DNA of 64,000 nucleotides from Macrostomum lignano (GCA_002269645.1 NIVC01000044.1:119498-183497), one strand, 5' to 3'; counted from the stretch's first letter, positions 50,108 through 63,639 are shown. Made by a program: numbers and translations. The notes: generated from the letters alone by a model not told the origin.

Positions 50108-51560
50108 GAGTCAGATCCCGACTCTATATTGTGTCAGATCCCGACTCTATATTGTGTCAGATCCCGACTCTATATTGTGTCAGATCCCGACTCTATATTG
50201 TGTCAGATCCCGACTCTATATTGTGTCAGATCCCGACTCTATATTGTGTCAGATCCTGACTCTATATTGTGTCAGATCCCGACTCTATATTGTGTCAGAT
50301 CCCGACTCTATATTGTGTCAGATCCCGAATCTATACTATGTCAGATCCCGACTCTATATTGTGTCAGATCCCGATTCTATATTGTGTCAGATCCCGACTC
50401 TATATTGTGTCAGATCCCGAATCTATACTATGTCAGATCCCGACTCTATACTATGTCAGATCCCGACTCTATAATGTGTCAGACTCCAACTCTATACTGT
50501 CAGACCCCGACTCTATATTATGTCAGATCCCGACTCTATACTATGTCAGATCCCCCACTCTATATTGTGTCAGATCCCGACTCTATATTGTGTCAGATCC
50601 CGATTCTATATTGTGTCAGATCCCGACTCTATATTGTGTCAGATCCCGACTCTATATTGTGTCAGATCCCGACTCTAAATTGTGTCAGATCCCGACTCTA
50701 TACTGTGTCAGATCCCGACTCTATATTGTGTCAGATCCCGACTCTATATTCTGTCAGATCCCGACTCTAAATTGTGTCAGATCCCGACTCTAAATTGTGT
50801 CAGATCCCGACTCTATATTGTGTCAGATCCTGACTCTATATTGTGTCAGATCCCGACTCTATACTGTGTCAGATCCCGACTCTATATTGTGTCAGATCCC
50901 GACTCTATATTGTGTCAGATCCCGACTCTATATTGTGTCAGATCCCGACTCTATATTGTGTCAGATCCCGACTCTATATTGTGTCAGATCCCGATTCTAT
51001 ATTGTGTCAGATCCCGACTCTATATTGTGTCAGATCCCGACTCTATATTGTGTCAGATCCCGAATCTATACTATGTCAGATCCCGACTCTATATTGTGTC
51101 AGATCCCGACTCTATATTGTGTCAGATCCCGACTCTATATTGTGTCAGATCCCGAATCTATACTATGTCAGATCCCGACTCTATATTGTGTCAGATCCCG
51201 ATTCTATATTGTGTCAGATCCCGACTCTATATTGTGTCAGATCCCGAATCTATACTATGTCAGATCCCGACTCTATACTATGTCAGATCCCGACTCTATA
51301 ATGTGTCAGACTCCGACTCTATACTGTCAGACCCCGACTCTATATTATGTCAGATCCCGACTCTATACTATGTCAGATCCCCCACTCTATATTGTGTCAG
51401 ATCCCGACTCTAAATTGTGTCAGATCCCGACTCTAAATTGTGTCAGATCCCGACTCTATTGTGTCAGATCCTGACTCTATATATTATGTCAGATCCCGAC
51501 TCTATATTATGTCAGATCCCGACTCTATATTGTGTCAGATCCCGACTCTATATTATGTCA
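50108..51560. repeat. 23-bp unit TGTGTCAGATCCCGACTCTATAT with a higher-order duplication
   Basis: Direct inspection; a rare variant block recurs at 50470 and 51297. Confidence 0.97.
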
Positions 51561-51729
51561 GAGGCTGCATACTGTGGCTCTATGCTCAATACTATTGTAG
51601 ATGTGTAAGTCTGAGTCTATCCGTGTCAAAAGTAGAAAAAATACAGTGTAGCGATCAAATACTATTATTATATATTTTCTGCACGTCCTCCCGGCCCCCA
51701 GTTCATAAGGTCAGAAAGAGTAGGGCTAA

Positions 51730-51859
51730 AGGCTCATTCACAATGCCATCAAACGAGCCACCAAATCACACGACCAATTTACAAAGGAATCAAATTTGAT
51801 GTATAAATTGTGTGATCAAACCTAATTTGGTATTATTTGATGGCAGTGTGAACGAGCCT
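51730..51859. mobile_element. MITE (Harbinger/Tourist-like), 130 bp
   Basis: Imperfect TIR AGGCTCATTCACAATGCCATCAAA / TTTGATGGCAGTGTGAACGAGCCT; TAA target duplication. Confidence 0.85.
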
Positions 51860-51994
51860 TAAATTAGTGGAACCCTTCGCAATGTCGGTCCGAGTGACTG
51901 AGACGAGTCAGGCCAGTGAGTTAACGCCAACGCCAATTCTGAATGAACAAGTTCAGAGTGCAGAAAGTCCGAGGAGAAGGGGAGGGTGATGGGC

Positions 51995-52140
51995 GGCCGC
52001 CAGCCAGGTCGCGCGCCCATTGGCTGGGCGGATCCATGGGGGTGGGGGTTGGAGGGCAGGCAGGCGCGCTGTTCCAAAATCGCTCTCTCTCCCCCAGGCA
52101 GAGGGCGCGGGCAGGGCTATTAAAGTTGCGATCCGAGCGA
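51995..52140 (+). promoter_or_regulatory. Putative Pol II promoter of orphan gene copy 2 (reverse CCAAT, GC box, TATA-like)
   Basis: CCCATTGGCT (~52017), GGGCGG (~52025) and GGCTATTAAAGT (~52115) in the canonical order upstream of the 5'UTR intron. The same motifs are mirrored at 3920-4053. Confidence 0.4.
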
Positions 52141-52961
52141 AGGCTTCCAAATTACACCAAGGCCAAAGGCTGCCAGTAAGCACAGAGCATCAACGGTGTT
52201 TGACCTGCAGTGACACCAAAGCCCTGCTAACTTCAGCATCTCTGCCTGCACGATGCCAGCCGCAGTGACTCCATTCGAGCAGTTCAGCAAAGCCGAGTCG
52301 CATCTCATCAAGCGGCTTGGCAGACACGCTGACGAGCGAATCTTTGAGCTGAGCACTTGGGAATCAGCTGATCGGGATCTGCTCGGTCTGTTCCCCGCCA
52401 TCTCCAGCGCTCTCACTGTGCTCAACGATGACCAAAAACAGAGGCACGAGTCCGCGACCTCACCAGATGATACGCAGCGATCATCGCCCTGCTCCCTGAC
52501 CGGATCCTCATCCTCAGACTCCTCTGGTGCCTCATCCTCATCATACGTGTCCGCCTTCTCAGCTTCATCTCGCAGCTCAGCTGGTGGTGCAGCCTCCCCC
52601 AACGGCCAGAAGCCTGCGGCTGCCAGGTGGTGCCAGCCCGGCTTGAAGGACCTGCAGCTTCTTGCCAGCAAGGAGGACGTGGCCAGCCTCCCCAGAGCCT
52701 CATCAATCGAAGAGGTGCTGGCCCTGCTCAGCAAGGATGACGTCATCGTGGTGCCCTGCGCTCACGGCGGCTACATTCTGTACGCGGTGACCTACTTGGA
52801 CGATCTGGTGGCACAGCAGCCGCCGACTGTGATCCCTCCGAGTCCTGACGACCCGGCAACCAAGCTGAGCCCCGAGGTGTTCAACTTGTTCCTGCAGAAC
52901 GAGGAGCTGCTGAGCCACGGACAGGACGCCTCGCTGCTCGGAGCCCCGCCTGCTCTGCCAT
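51995..52961 (+). repeat. ~967-bp inverted segmental duplication, copy 2
   Basis: Partner of 3087-4053; similarity stops abruptly at both ends. Confidence 0.95.
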
Positions 52962-52978
52962 GCCTGCAGCATTTCTAG
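52253..52978 (+). CDS. Orphan protein, 241 aa (copy 2 of inverted duplicate)
   Basis: Near-identical to the 3052-3795 ORF except for a few substitutions and a different C-terminus (ALPCLQHF*). Confidence 0.6.
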   Translation: MPAAVTPFEQFSKAESHLIKRLGRHADERIFELSTWESADRDLLGLFPAISSALTVLNDDQKQRHESATSPDDTQRSSPCSLTGSSSSDSSGASSSSYVSAFSASSRSSAGGAASPNGQKPAAARWCQPGLKDLQLLASKEDVASLPRASSIEEVLALLSKDDVIVVPCAHGGYILYAVTYLDDLVAQQPPTVIPPSPDDPATKLSPEVFNLFLQNEELLSHGQDASLLGAPPALPCLQHF

Positions 52979-53829
52979 AACTGTTACAAAAGTAACTTTT
53001 TATCTTCACAGGTCCTGGCATTTCTCAGAAAATCAATTTGTTTTAAAAAGTCGCGCATTTTGCACCAGCTATTCATTGTGGAAATTATCCAGTCTGCTCC
53101 ATTAATTACGCATGCTATGGTTTGCTAAAATATTTTAACTGGTTGTATTGACTGTTTTATTTTTTATTTGGTATAGTAATGGCAGTTTTGTACTGTACTA
53201 TTTAATGTAGTAGTATCCATGCGGAAATACCCTATTCTTCTATTGCAATCAGTTTTTTTGAGTCTGTTAATTTGTTGTAAGTTTATTTGTTTATTTATTT
53301 ATTTAGCTTTTTGTCTGTATTTATAAGTTTCTATTTTGTTATAGCTAAGTTAGTTGTTTTGATGTACGCTCGTATAGCTGGTAGCCAGCTAGCTACTATC
53401 GAATGCTTATTGAATAACATGCATTGTAGCATTATTATTTATTGTTGTTTATAGTTATAGTGTAGTGTATTGCTGCATTGCCTGTGAGTTTTTATAATAA
53501 CTGCTATTTGTCGCTAGCTCCACTTCTATTGTATAGAATTTGTAAACATTTTCTTTTATTTTTTGCTATCAAAAAAACCTTCGACCAGCAATGCTGTAAC
53601 CAACAGTCTCGATCGGGTGCAAAGCCTGCTGACTCGACAATGATTCGATGTTTATTAAAATAAAAAAATAGTTGCTATAATGCCATAATACATGCTCTGT
53701 AGGTGTTATTATTACTGTTTAAGTTAGTAACGTTTCTTATCTACTAATATATATGGTACATTTGAGTATGTTGTTTGATTAATACAGATCTACAGACGTA
53801 AAGTTCTGCATAGGGAGGTCAGATAGGAG

Positions 53830-54030
53830 AGGTGAAGAGGGAAAGAGAAGAGAGAAGAGATTAGGGGTTGAGAAAGAAAAGATAAGAGAAGAGGAGAGAT
53901 AGAGAAGAGAGAATAGAGAAGAGAGAGAATTAGAGGGAAGAGAAGAGAGAAGGGAAGAGAGAAGGGGAAGGAGAGGAGAATAAGGAGTTAGAGTACATCG
54001 AGGGGGAGAGAAGAGAAAAATGGGGGTAAA
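53830..54030. repeat. GA-rich low-complexity tract
   Basis: Direct inspection. Confidence 0.85.
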
Positions 54031-54659
54031 AAGAGAGAATATGGTACAGGCAGAGAGATGTGGGTAGAGACTTGATTATGTTTGGCGGAAAAACTCATCT
54101 ATTTCATGCGAGAAGTGCAAAACTTCAAAGTTGAAAACCCAGCATTTGAATGAAGACTTATTTTGTAGCCAGCCCTGAAGTACGCAACGGTTCCAACTTT
54201 CAATCCAATGTTATGGCTACCCTAGCAACTGCCTAGAAACAGAGACTATACGTATAAGACTTTGATTATCCGTTATCTTAATAACCCATCAGGCCCCACA
54301 CACGCATGTAAATTGCAGTTCCGAAGACCTTTTCATGCGATAATTGTTTGCGCAACCAATCCCGCTTAAACCGGGCGAGTTCGAAGAATCTCCATCGAAG
54401 ATTTATACTTTATCTATGCGGCATGTTTTTCTCTCCACGGGTATTTGAACGAGGACGCGCGAGCCTTGACAACAAGATGACAACGGTTTTATCGGCTTGT
54501 CAAGCGACATTTTTATAAAGCTGGCTTTGCTATGCGTACCAATTAGCCATCGTATTGCCCTGAAGCTTAATTAAGGAGAGAATTGAAGTGTGAAAGGCGA
54601 CGCAATACGTAATTTTATACTAGCATACCTATGGAAGAGTGCTCGGACGAAAACAGAAA

Positions 54660-55330
54660 GGACGGCACCAAAATGGAAATCGTAGCGCCAGAAAAAAATC
54701 GACGGCGCCAATAAAGAATTGACGGCGCTAGAAAAGAATCAGTGGCGCCAAAATGGAATCGACGGCGCCAAAATGGAATCGACGGCGCCAAATGGAATCG
54801 ATGGCGCCAAAATTGAATCAGTGGCGCTAAAACGGAATCGACGGCGCCAAAATGGAAACGACGGCGCCAAAATTGAATTAGTGGCGCTAAAATGAAATCG
54901 ACGGCGCCAAAATTGAATCAGTGGCGCTAAAATGAAATCGACGGCGCCAAATGGAATCGATGGCGCCAAAATTGAATCAGTGGCGCTAAAACGGAATCGA
55001 CGGCGCCAAAATTGAATCAGTGGCGCTAAAATGAAATCGACGGCGCCAAATGGAATCGATGGCGCCAAAATGGAAACGACGGCGCCAAAATTGAATCAGT
55101 GGCGCTAAAATGAAATCGACGGCGCCAAAATTGAATCAGTGGCGCTAAAATGGAATCGACGGCGCCAAATGGAATCGATGGCGCCAAAATTGAATCGGTT
55201 GGAGCCAAAAAAGAATTGGTTGCACCAAAATGAAATCGGTGGCGCCAAAATGGAATCGACGGCGCCAAAATGGAAGCGTCAGCGCCAATGTAGAATCGGT
55301 GGTGCCAAAATGGAATTTACGCCGACAAAA
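54660..55330. repeat. ~20-bp unit AATCGACGGCGCCAAAAT(G/T)G
   Basis: Direct inspection. Confidence 0.95.
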
Positions 55331-56677
55331 AGAAACGATGAAGAATCGAGAAGGCCAGCATTCCTCTAAATCAGAGCAGGAAAACCTCATTAAAATGATT
55401 GCAAACCGATGCTAAAGACAGTCCTACACACGTATTCATTAAAACAGTGGAAATTCAGTGCAGACCCTCAGACTAATTAGTGTCACTGTATACTTGAAAA
55501 CTGCTGGCGGTCCTCAAGACTTACAAATTGGCGGACACCACAAACAGCTCACTTGAAGGCCACACAACCGTGAACGCTGGACGTTTCTACATAATACACC
55601 CGACAACAAATACTACAATTCTTAGTTGTTAGGTGCGCAAAGGCTGGAGTACGTGACACTTGATAAGTATGTGATTGATTGGCAGTGTCACTGACCGTAT
55701 CCTGGTGGGGTTGAATAAGCGCCCAAAGTTACATATACGAGAGCTAGATGGATATAAATTAGTGTAGAGAGCGTCCTTCGGCGACAGGGTCCCACAGCCA
55801 GCGCTGATTGCGCCCATTTCGCTGACTCCAGAGCACAGGAGCACATTCATGTAAAAGCGCGCCACGTGCGTCTTGAGCTTCTATGCCCCAAATTACTGTG
55901 GCTAATCTACAGATGTTGATTGACTAATCACTAGAAAAATCTCCAGCCAGAAATATACCGGATTTAAAAACACCCTGTTGAGTTTTGACACTACTGTCAG
56001 TCTGCTACTAAGTAGGCCAGTAAGTTTTAGTTGGTTCAAAATCAAACAAATGAAATAAAATCAACACAGAATTTAAATGATAATAAGTACTCGCTGATTA
56101 TATTCCAGTGCCAATTGCAAATTTCAACAGGCACGCAGTTAAACAAATCATGTAAGCTTTTTGGGGTTTATATTTTTATATGCAAGGACAAATTGTGACA
56201 AACAGTCATTGAAGAGTGCCTGTATATATTGGCATACTTACTTAATTTTGCACGCATATTTTACTTACCATGTTAGCCTTGTACTACTAAACTGGTTTAT
56301 TTATTGAATAGATTTGCATTTTAATATAACCGCGCCTACTAACTACTGTAAGTAGCTGCTACGCTAAATAAACAAAATTCACAGACGCACAAAGTTAATC
56401 AATCGCAAATAAAGGCTCAGAGAGAAGCAGTTAAAAACACAGTAGATGAGGAGCGCAAATTCTCAGGGACAACTAATTAATACTCGGCCAGACAGGCGGA
56501 ATTACTATAATATATTGTAACACACTGAGAGGCATTCGGAGGTGCAGATGGAGATGGAGAGTGATACAGACACACAGCAGCAGTGTAAATTCACTACCGA
56601 CACTAGCAACTACAGCTATACTAGTAATAATAGTAATAATAATAATAATAATAATCTGATTTGCAACCATCCAACCA

Positions 56678-59600
56678 TCACATCTGGTGCCGGAATCTGC
56701 AGTCGGTTCGTCGGCACTCGCCGGTGGAAAACCAGGCTCGACAGACGCCTCGCGGAGCCTGCTGCTGCTGGCCGGGTGGCCCTGGAGGCCGGTGATGCCG
56801 CTGCCTGGGCGGACCCGTTGGCGGCGGCCTGTGCAGCACTGGAGGCGGATGCGGATACCGTTGATGTTGCTGCGGAGGCTGCTGAGGCGGCGGCCGGTAG
56901 GACGGATAGGAGGCTACGCCGGGCGGCGGATGGCTGAACGCGGAGGCCGGCGGTAGCGATGAGGACTGCGGCAGCATCTGCGGATGAGGCAGATTCTGCT
57001 GCTGCTGCTGCTGCTGCTGACAGGCGGGCAGGCTGGCCAGGACCTGCGAAATAGAAGGGGGGAATAGTTCTTTAATAATTGATTCAAATTGATGGGCGAT
57101 TCTTGATGAATTTGATGGGCGATTCTTAGAGAATTTGATGGGCGATTCTTGATGAATTTGATGGGCGATTCTTGATGAATTTGATGGGCGATTCTTGATG
57201 AATTTGAGGGGCGATTCTTGATGAATTTGAGGGGCGATTCTTGATGAATTTGATGGGCGATTCTTGATGAATTTGATGGGCGATTCTTGATGAATTTGAT
57301 GGGCGATTCTTGATGAATTTGATGGGCGATTCTTGATGAATTTGATGGGCGATTCTTGATGAATTTGATGGGCGATTCTTAGAGAATTTGATGGGCGATT
57401 CTTGATGAATTTGATGGGCGATTCTTGATGAATTTGATGGGCGATTCTTGATGAATTTGATGGGCGATTCTTAGAGAATTTGATGGGCGATTCTTGATGA
57501 ATTTGATGGGCGATTCTTGATGAATTTGATGGGCGATTCTTGATGAATTTGATGGGCGATTCTTGATGAATTTGATGGGCGATTCTTGATGAATTTGATG
57601 GGCGATTCTTGGGGAATTTGATGGGCGATTCTTGGGGAATTTAACAGGCGATTCTTGATGAATTTGATGGGCGATTCTTGATGAATTTGATGGGCGATTC
57701 TTGATGAATTTGATGGGCGATTCTTAGAGAATTTGATGGGCGATTCTTGGGGAATTTGATGGGCGATTCTTGATGAATTTGATGGGTGATTCTTGGGGAA
57801 TTTGATGGGCGATTCTTGGGGAATTTAACAGGCGATACTTGATGAATTTGATGGGCGATTCTTAGAGAATTTGATGGGCGATTCTTGATGAATTTGATGG
57901 GCGATTCTTGATGAATTTGATGGGCGATTCTTGATGAATTTGATGGGCGATTCTTGGGAATTTGATGGGGTTTGTAGAGCGCAGGAAAAAAGCAGCAAAA
58001 TTTGGTGCACAGCAATTCTTTTTGAGATGTGACAAAGGCAAATTTCGCTTCAAAAAGTTGGCATAGCGGTCACTGAATCGGCCGAGTTAAAATTAAGCAT
58101 CCAATTACCTGCGGGAACATGCCGCTGGCGGCCAATTCCTCTTTCAACGGTTCAAGCAGGCTTCGAATTCTATCCACAGTAAGATCCTCGGTTCTCTGCA
58201 GGTGCAAATCTGGATACCTCGAACGCAGCAGTCGCCAAAGAGCCTCTTTGGGCGTCTGGTTGGCGGCAGCGGTGGCAGAGGTGGAGGCGGCGGCGGAGGC
58301 GGCGGTGTCAACTGCGGGCGACGGCTGGTTCGGGACACCGGCGGACGCCGTGGTGAGGTTGCGGGTGACCTGTTTGAGAATGTCGGCCACCTGCGAGGTG
58401 GGGGGATGGAGTTTCAGTTTTCCGGTTGGTTATGAAATTACTACTAACGCTCGCTTCCGCTTCCAGCTTCCGCTTCCAGCTTCCGCTTCCAGCTTCCGCT
58501 TCCAGCTTCCGCTTTCAGCTTCTGCTTCCAGCTTCCGCTTCCAGCTTCCGCTTCCAGCTTCCGCTTCCAGCTTCCGCTTCCAGCTTCCGCTTCCAGCTTC
58601 CGCTTCCAGCTTCCGCTTCCAGCTTCCGCTTCCAGCTTCCGCTTCCAGCTTCCGCTTCCAGCTTCCGCTTCCAGCTTCCGCTTCCAGCTTCCGCTTCCAG
58701 CTTCCGCTTCCAGCTTCCGCTTCCAGCTTCCGCTTCCAGCTTCCGCTTCCAGCTTCCGCTTCCAGCTTCCGCTTCCAGCTTCCGCTTCCAGCTTACGCTT
58801 CCAGCTTCCGCTTCCAGCTTACGCTTCCAGCTTACGCTTCCAGCTTCCGCTTCCAGCTTCCGCTTCCAGCTACTATTAGTTCCCTTCCTAGCCTGACAAT
58901 ATAGACCTCGCTAATTCGGCTCTCGCAATGACTCACCTCGTCTTTCAAAGCCAAACCGCCGTCCGAAGATCTGCTAATCGTCATCAGAAGGTCGGAGACG
59001 CTGCTGGCCACTGATGCTGCCGTGGAGGCGGCTGTCGTAGTCAATGTCGACGTTGCTGTAACAGCCGACGACGCTGCTGAGGACAGCGCTGCTGACGTTG
59101 GTGCAGCTGTCGAAGTTGAAGACGTTGAAGATACCGCCGCAGCCACTGCCACAGCGACCGAATCCGGCGATGGAAGAATTGATGCAGAAACAGTAGCAGA
59201 TGGAGTACCGGCACTAGAAGCCACCGGTTGCTCCTGCTTCGGCTTCTGCTGTTGCTCTGGCTTTGCCTGCTGCTGAGGCGTCGCTGCAGAAGTCGTAGGC
59301 GGCGGCGACGCAGGCTTGGATACCTCTTCGAGCGGGATAATTTTTGGCTCCTCAGCGTCCGCATGCTCAACGTCAGGCTCAGCCGGACTGGGTGGCACCG
59401 CTTCGCGGCTAAAATAAATCACCTGCAGAATGGCCTCCTGGCGCTTGGCCTGGCGGGCCCGCTCGGTGGATTTCCGGCCGCTATTGGACTCGGCAGCGAA
59501 CGGCGGCAGGTCGCTGATTGGCCGCGGCCGGTACCACTGCGGCGGCCGGCCCAGCTGCAGACGGTGCGAAGCCGCCGGGTTGCTTGAAGACAAATCGGAC

Positions 59601-61011
59601 GACGAATCGTCCATGGCGCCGTCCATCAGGCCCTCTTTGCGGGCCTTATTAAGCAATTCGCGCTCCCTGACGTGCTCCTGCTTGGACATCTCTTCAACGC
59701 TCTGCCGATTGACATTGACTCGTTCGGTTTCGTCCAGCTCGAAGTAGGACACCTGCTCCAGCTCGCCGGCTGGCGCCCAGCTGACCCGCCGGCCGGACTT
59801 CTTGTTGCCGGAGGAGGCGGCAGCAGCTAACTCAGGCTTCTTCGGGCTTGTCGCCGATGATGAGTCAGGCTGAGCTGTCGTCGATTGCAGCGCCGGCACC
59901 GCAGGCGGCTCGGGCGTTGTTGGCGTTGTTGCGTTGCTGTTGCCGCCGCTGTCCTTCTTCCGTTTTCGCACCAGCTTGGCGGCCACCGGCTGCGTGCTGT
60001 TGCTGCTGCTCAGTGCCGCCACCAGCGCCAGAATGGCCGCCATTGGAGAACAGCGAGTCCATAAAGCCGGAGTCCAGATGCAGCTCACCGGCTGGCCGTT
60101 TCTTTTGCTGTTGCTGCTGTTGCTGCTGCTGCTGGTTGTTGCTGCTGCCGGTATGCTTTTAGGAGAATCTGACGGCGTTGGCTTGACGCTGATAGACGCG
60201 TGAATAGACTCCAGGTCCGTGTCCGGTCGCTTCCGTTTCGCCGCGGACGGACCTTCGACGGCTTCGCTTTTAAATTTTGACGAGGAAGCAGCGGCGCCAG
60301 CTCCGGATGACGACGACGACGACGGCGAGGACGATGTCAGCTCGTCCGAGGCGAGCAGGTTGGTGTCGCGAAAATGCGACGGAGCGGTGCGGGCAGTCGA
60401 TGGTATCTTACGCGGCTGCTGTTGCTTCTTCTCAGACTGCTTCTCAGTTGAACGTCGCTGCTGCTGCTGCTGCTGCTCTTCGCCACCGCTGTCCAGCCGT
60501 TTTCTCTTGTGCTCGGAAGGACCGGTGCCTTTCTCGCTAGCCGGCAACGACGCCTGCTGCGGCTGAGGCGGCAGTTCCGCTTTGATCTGGTCCATCCACT
60601 TGTCAACTAGGCTGGCGGCCAGGTCAGACAGCTCGGCCTGGTTCTTGGCCTTGGCAATCTGCTTCACCATCTTGGCTGAATCGTTGCTCCTTAGCATGTC
60701 CAGAGTGACGGGCAGGCGGTGGAACACCTCGAGCAGCAGCTTCTCCAGGGCCCGGTTCTCATCTCGCCGGGCCTCCGCTAGCCACTGATTTAACAGCTGC
60801 CAGCCACCGTTCTTGCACAGCGCGGCCATCTTGTCCGCCTGGTCGGTGTACTTGATCACGTTCAGCATGATGGCCTTGGCCACGAGTTTATTAGCCGACA
60901 GCATTCTGTCGTAGAGTTTCGGCACGAGTCTGCCGCCCGGATGCCGCCATTTGAGTCGATCAGGCCGTCTCTGGCCAGCGACTTAAAATACTCAAGTCTT
61001 TGTTCGGTTGC
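56678..61011 (-). CDS. PPP1R10: PP1 nuclear targeting subunit (PNUTS/PPP1R10) homologue; first exon not found; 1-nt frameshift near 60930
   Basis: Exons 61011-58937, 58390-58109 and 57043-56678. N-terminal TFIIS-N-like region (GGWQLLNQWL..LLEVFHRLPVTLDMLRSN..AKMVKQ), PP1-binding RVxW motif (KSGRRVSWA..LEQVSYFELDETERVNVN), Pro-rich region and C-terminal CCCH finger (CRAWFSTGECRRTDCRFRH). Confidence 0.9.
57085..57970. repeat. 23-bp unit GATGGGCGATTCTTGATGAATTT (PPP1R10 intron)
   Basis: Period 23 (57241, 57264). Confidence 0.97.
58450..58870. repeat. 13-bp unit CTTCCGCTTCCAG (PPP1R10 intron)
   Basis: Direct inspection. Confidence 0.97.
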
Positions 61012-61249
61012 CTGAAATATGCAGCGAATGAGGATTTAGCTCGTAGTTCAGACTTTGAAATTTAGCTTATTCTTTGTGGCGTCATATTTACGATACATGC
61101 GACTTTTACAACTCAGTGACGGAAAACTGTTTAGTATATTAATATAACTAAAATGTCAATTCTAATTAATATAGCTAGCATTATAGACAGGAAACCTAGC
61201 AACCTTCCTGGCCAATAGCGAAGCAATTCAAATAACACACAAATATGGA

Positions 61250-62280
61250 GGGGCGGCTGTGATGGAGGGCCAGTTGTAAATAGAAAGAAGCTGTAAATGA
61301 AGAGGAAACTGTGAATGGGGGGAAGCTGTGAATGGAGCGGCAGGTGTGAATGGGGAGGAAGCTGTAAATGGAGAGGAAACTGTGAATAGAGGGAAGCTGT
61401 GAATGGGGGAAAGCTGTGAATGGGGGGAAGCTGTGAATGGGAGAAAGCTGTGAATGGGGGGAAGCTGTGAATGGGGGAGCTGTGAATGGGGGGAAGCTGT
61501 GAATGGAGCGACAGATGTGAATGGGGAGGAAGCTGTAAATGGAGAGGAAACTGTAAATAGAGGGAAGGTGTGAATAAAGGGAAGCTGTGAATGGGGGAAG
61601 CTGTGAATGGGAGGAAGCTGTAAATGGAGCGGCAGATGTGAATGGGGAGGAAGCTGTAAATGGAGAGGAAACTGTGAATAGAGAGGAAACTGTGAATAGA
61701 GGGAAGGTGTGAATAAAGAGAAGCTGTGAATGGGGGAATATGTGAATGGAACGGCAGATGTGAATGGGGAGGAAGCTGTAAATGGAGAGGAAGCTGTAAA
61801 TAGAGGGAAGGTGTGAATTCAGGAAGCTGTGAATGGAGTGGAACCTGTGAATGGAAGGGAAGTTGTGAATGCAGGGAAGCTGTTAATGGGGGAGCTGTGA
61901 ATGGAGGGCCAGTTGTGAAGAGTAGAAAGTTGTGAACAGAGAGAATCTGTGAATACAGAGGAGCCGTGAATGGAGGGCCAGTTGTGAAGAGAAGGAAGCT
62001 GTGAAAGAGGGAAGCTGTGAATACAGGGAAGCTGTGAACAGAGGGAAGCTGTGAATCAAAAGCTGTGAATGAAAGGATGCTGTGAATGGAGGGAAGCTGG
62101 GAACAGGAAGCTGTGGATGAAGGGATGCTGTGATTGGAAGGATGTTGTAAATAGGGGAAGTTGTAAATGGGGGATACTGTGAATGGAGGGGAAGCTGCAA
62201 AGCAGAGAAGCTGTTAATGAAGGGCCAGTTGTGAAGAGAAGTAAGCTGTGAATGTAGGGGAAGCTGTGAATGGTGCTATA
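61250..62280. repeat. Degenerate GAAGCTGTGAATGGGG repeat
   Basis: Direct inspection; probably in PPP1R10 intron 1. Confidence 0.9.
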
Positions 62281-62326
62281 GTCAATAACATTACATATGT
62301 ACGCTAATAACAAGATTTGGTTGAAT

Positions 62327-62432
62327 GGTCGTTCACACCGCCATCAATGAAATCAATAAAAGTTATGAAGTGATGCATACATGAACTTTGCATACAAAGC
62401 GTTTTCAATTTATTGGCGGCGTGAACAAGCCT
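62327..62432. mobile_element. Degenerate MITE related to 51730-51859
   Basis: Ends GTCGTTCACACCGCCATCAA / TTGGCGGCGTGAACAAGCC resemble the TIRs at 51730-51859. Confidence 0.6.
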
Positions 62433-63639
62433 TTATAATATATTTACTTACTATATAAGTTCTTAGTTAATAGAATTTAAAACTGATTACTTTCGACTTA
62501 TTTCGATGACAATACTTTTGCCTAATTTTCTTACTCTAAAGCCGACAGAAAGCCAATTAAAAATAGCGCTACAGATCACTAATCTACTAACCATATACAT
62601 GGTATATATAAAGATTAGTTAAGTTCGCTTATTTATAACAGTACAATCGCTGATTGAATTTGATAAATATATTCAACACTGATGTCCCATACTAACTACT
62701 GTTAGGCATAGCGGGTGTTCCACAATAGCTCGAAATTCCATAAGCTCGAAATTGATGCGTGACTTTGATTAGTGATATTGATATTATGACGCAATAATAT
62801 ATATTTTCTGGTTTCAGAGCTGTGAATTGCACCTCAAGATATTGTTATATTTTGTCCATGTGTGAAATCATTCAGCCCTTTCGCATATAGTCAGTCTACA
62901 ATATAGCCTAAGCAAAAGCTGTGACAGAACACGGATATATAGCCAACAAATAAATATTCTTCAAACAAGAAACTAAACATCTAACTCAACAAGCTAGGTA
63001 TATGATAAACCAGATAATAATTGGCAAATGCAACTCTGCTTCGAACAGCGTCAGGTAGTACCGTATACTGTCATTACGGTAGCGGAATGCGATCCCGACC
63101 TGACTCAATATTTTATCAAATAGCCAAGGGTTTAAAAAAACATTCTGCACTACTTGCTACTAAAAGTAGGCAAAATAGTACCTGCCAAGAAAAAGGTTAA
63201 CTTATGGCATTGTAGCCAAGCAACTGTGATATGTAGCCCTTTAACATACTATTTTTTATGGTGAATGTGACTACCTTCTGAGACCTCAACAGAACAATAA
63301 TGTGATAGGACCGGAAGACACATAAATGTAATGCAAGAAACGTGAGAATGTACATTGGAGTAAAAGTACGTTTATTGCTTTTATTCAAAAATTACTTCAA
63401 AGATTAGAGTATTGTCAATAAATAAACTGGACACCCATTATTTCATTATTTACGACAGTATAGCCAAGGCAATAAAATGTATGCTGAGTTCCTCAAGATT
63501 AAACTAAAAATAAACCTGATGGAAGTACTTAAATGCAATTTATAGTACGATTTTTCTTCAAGACTGATTCAAATAAATCAACCGAGTAAATTACGCAGAA
63601 AAATACACGAAGACTACAGTAAGACTTTCAAGAATAGAT

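Noticed and set aside
55400-55900. GC-moderate unique block downstream of PPP1R10
   Set aside because: Stops in all plausible frames and no recognisable motif.
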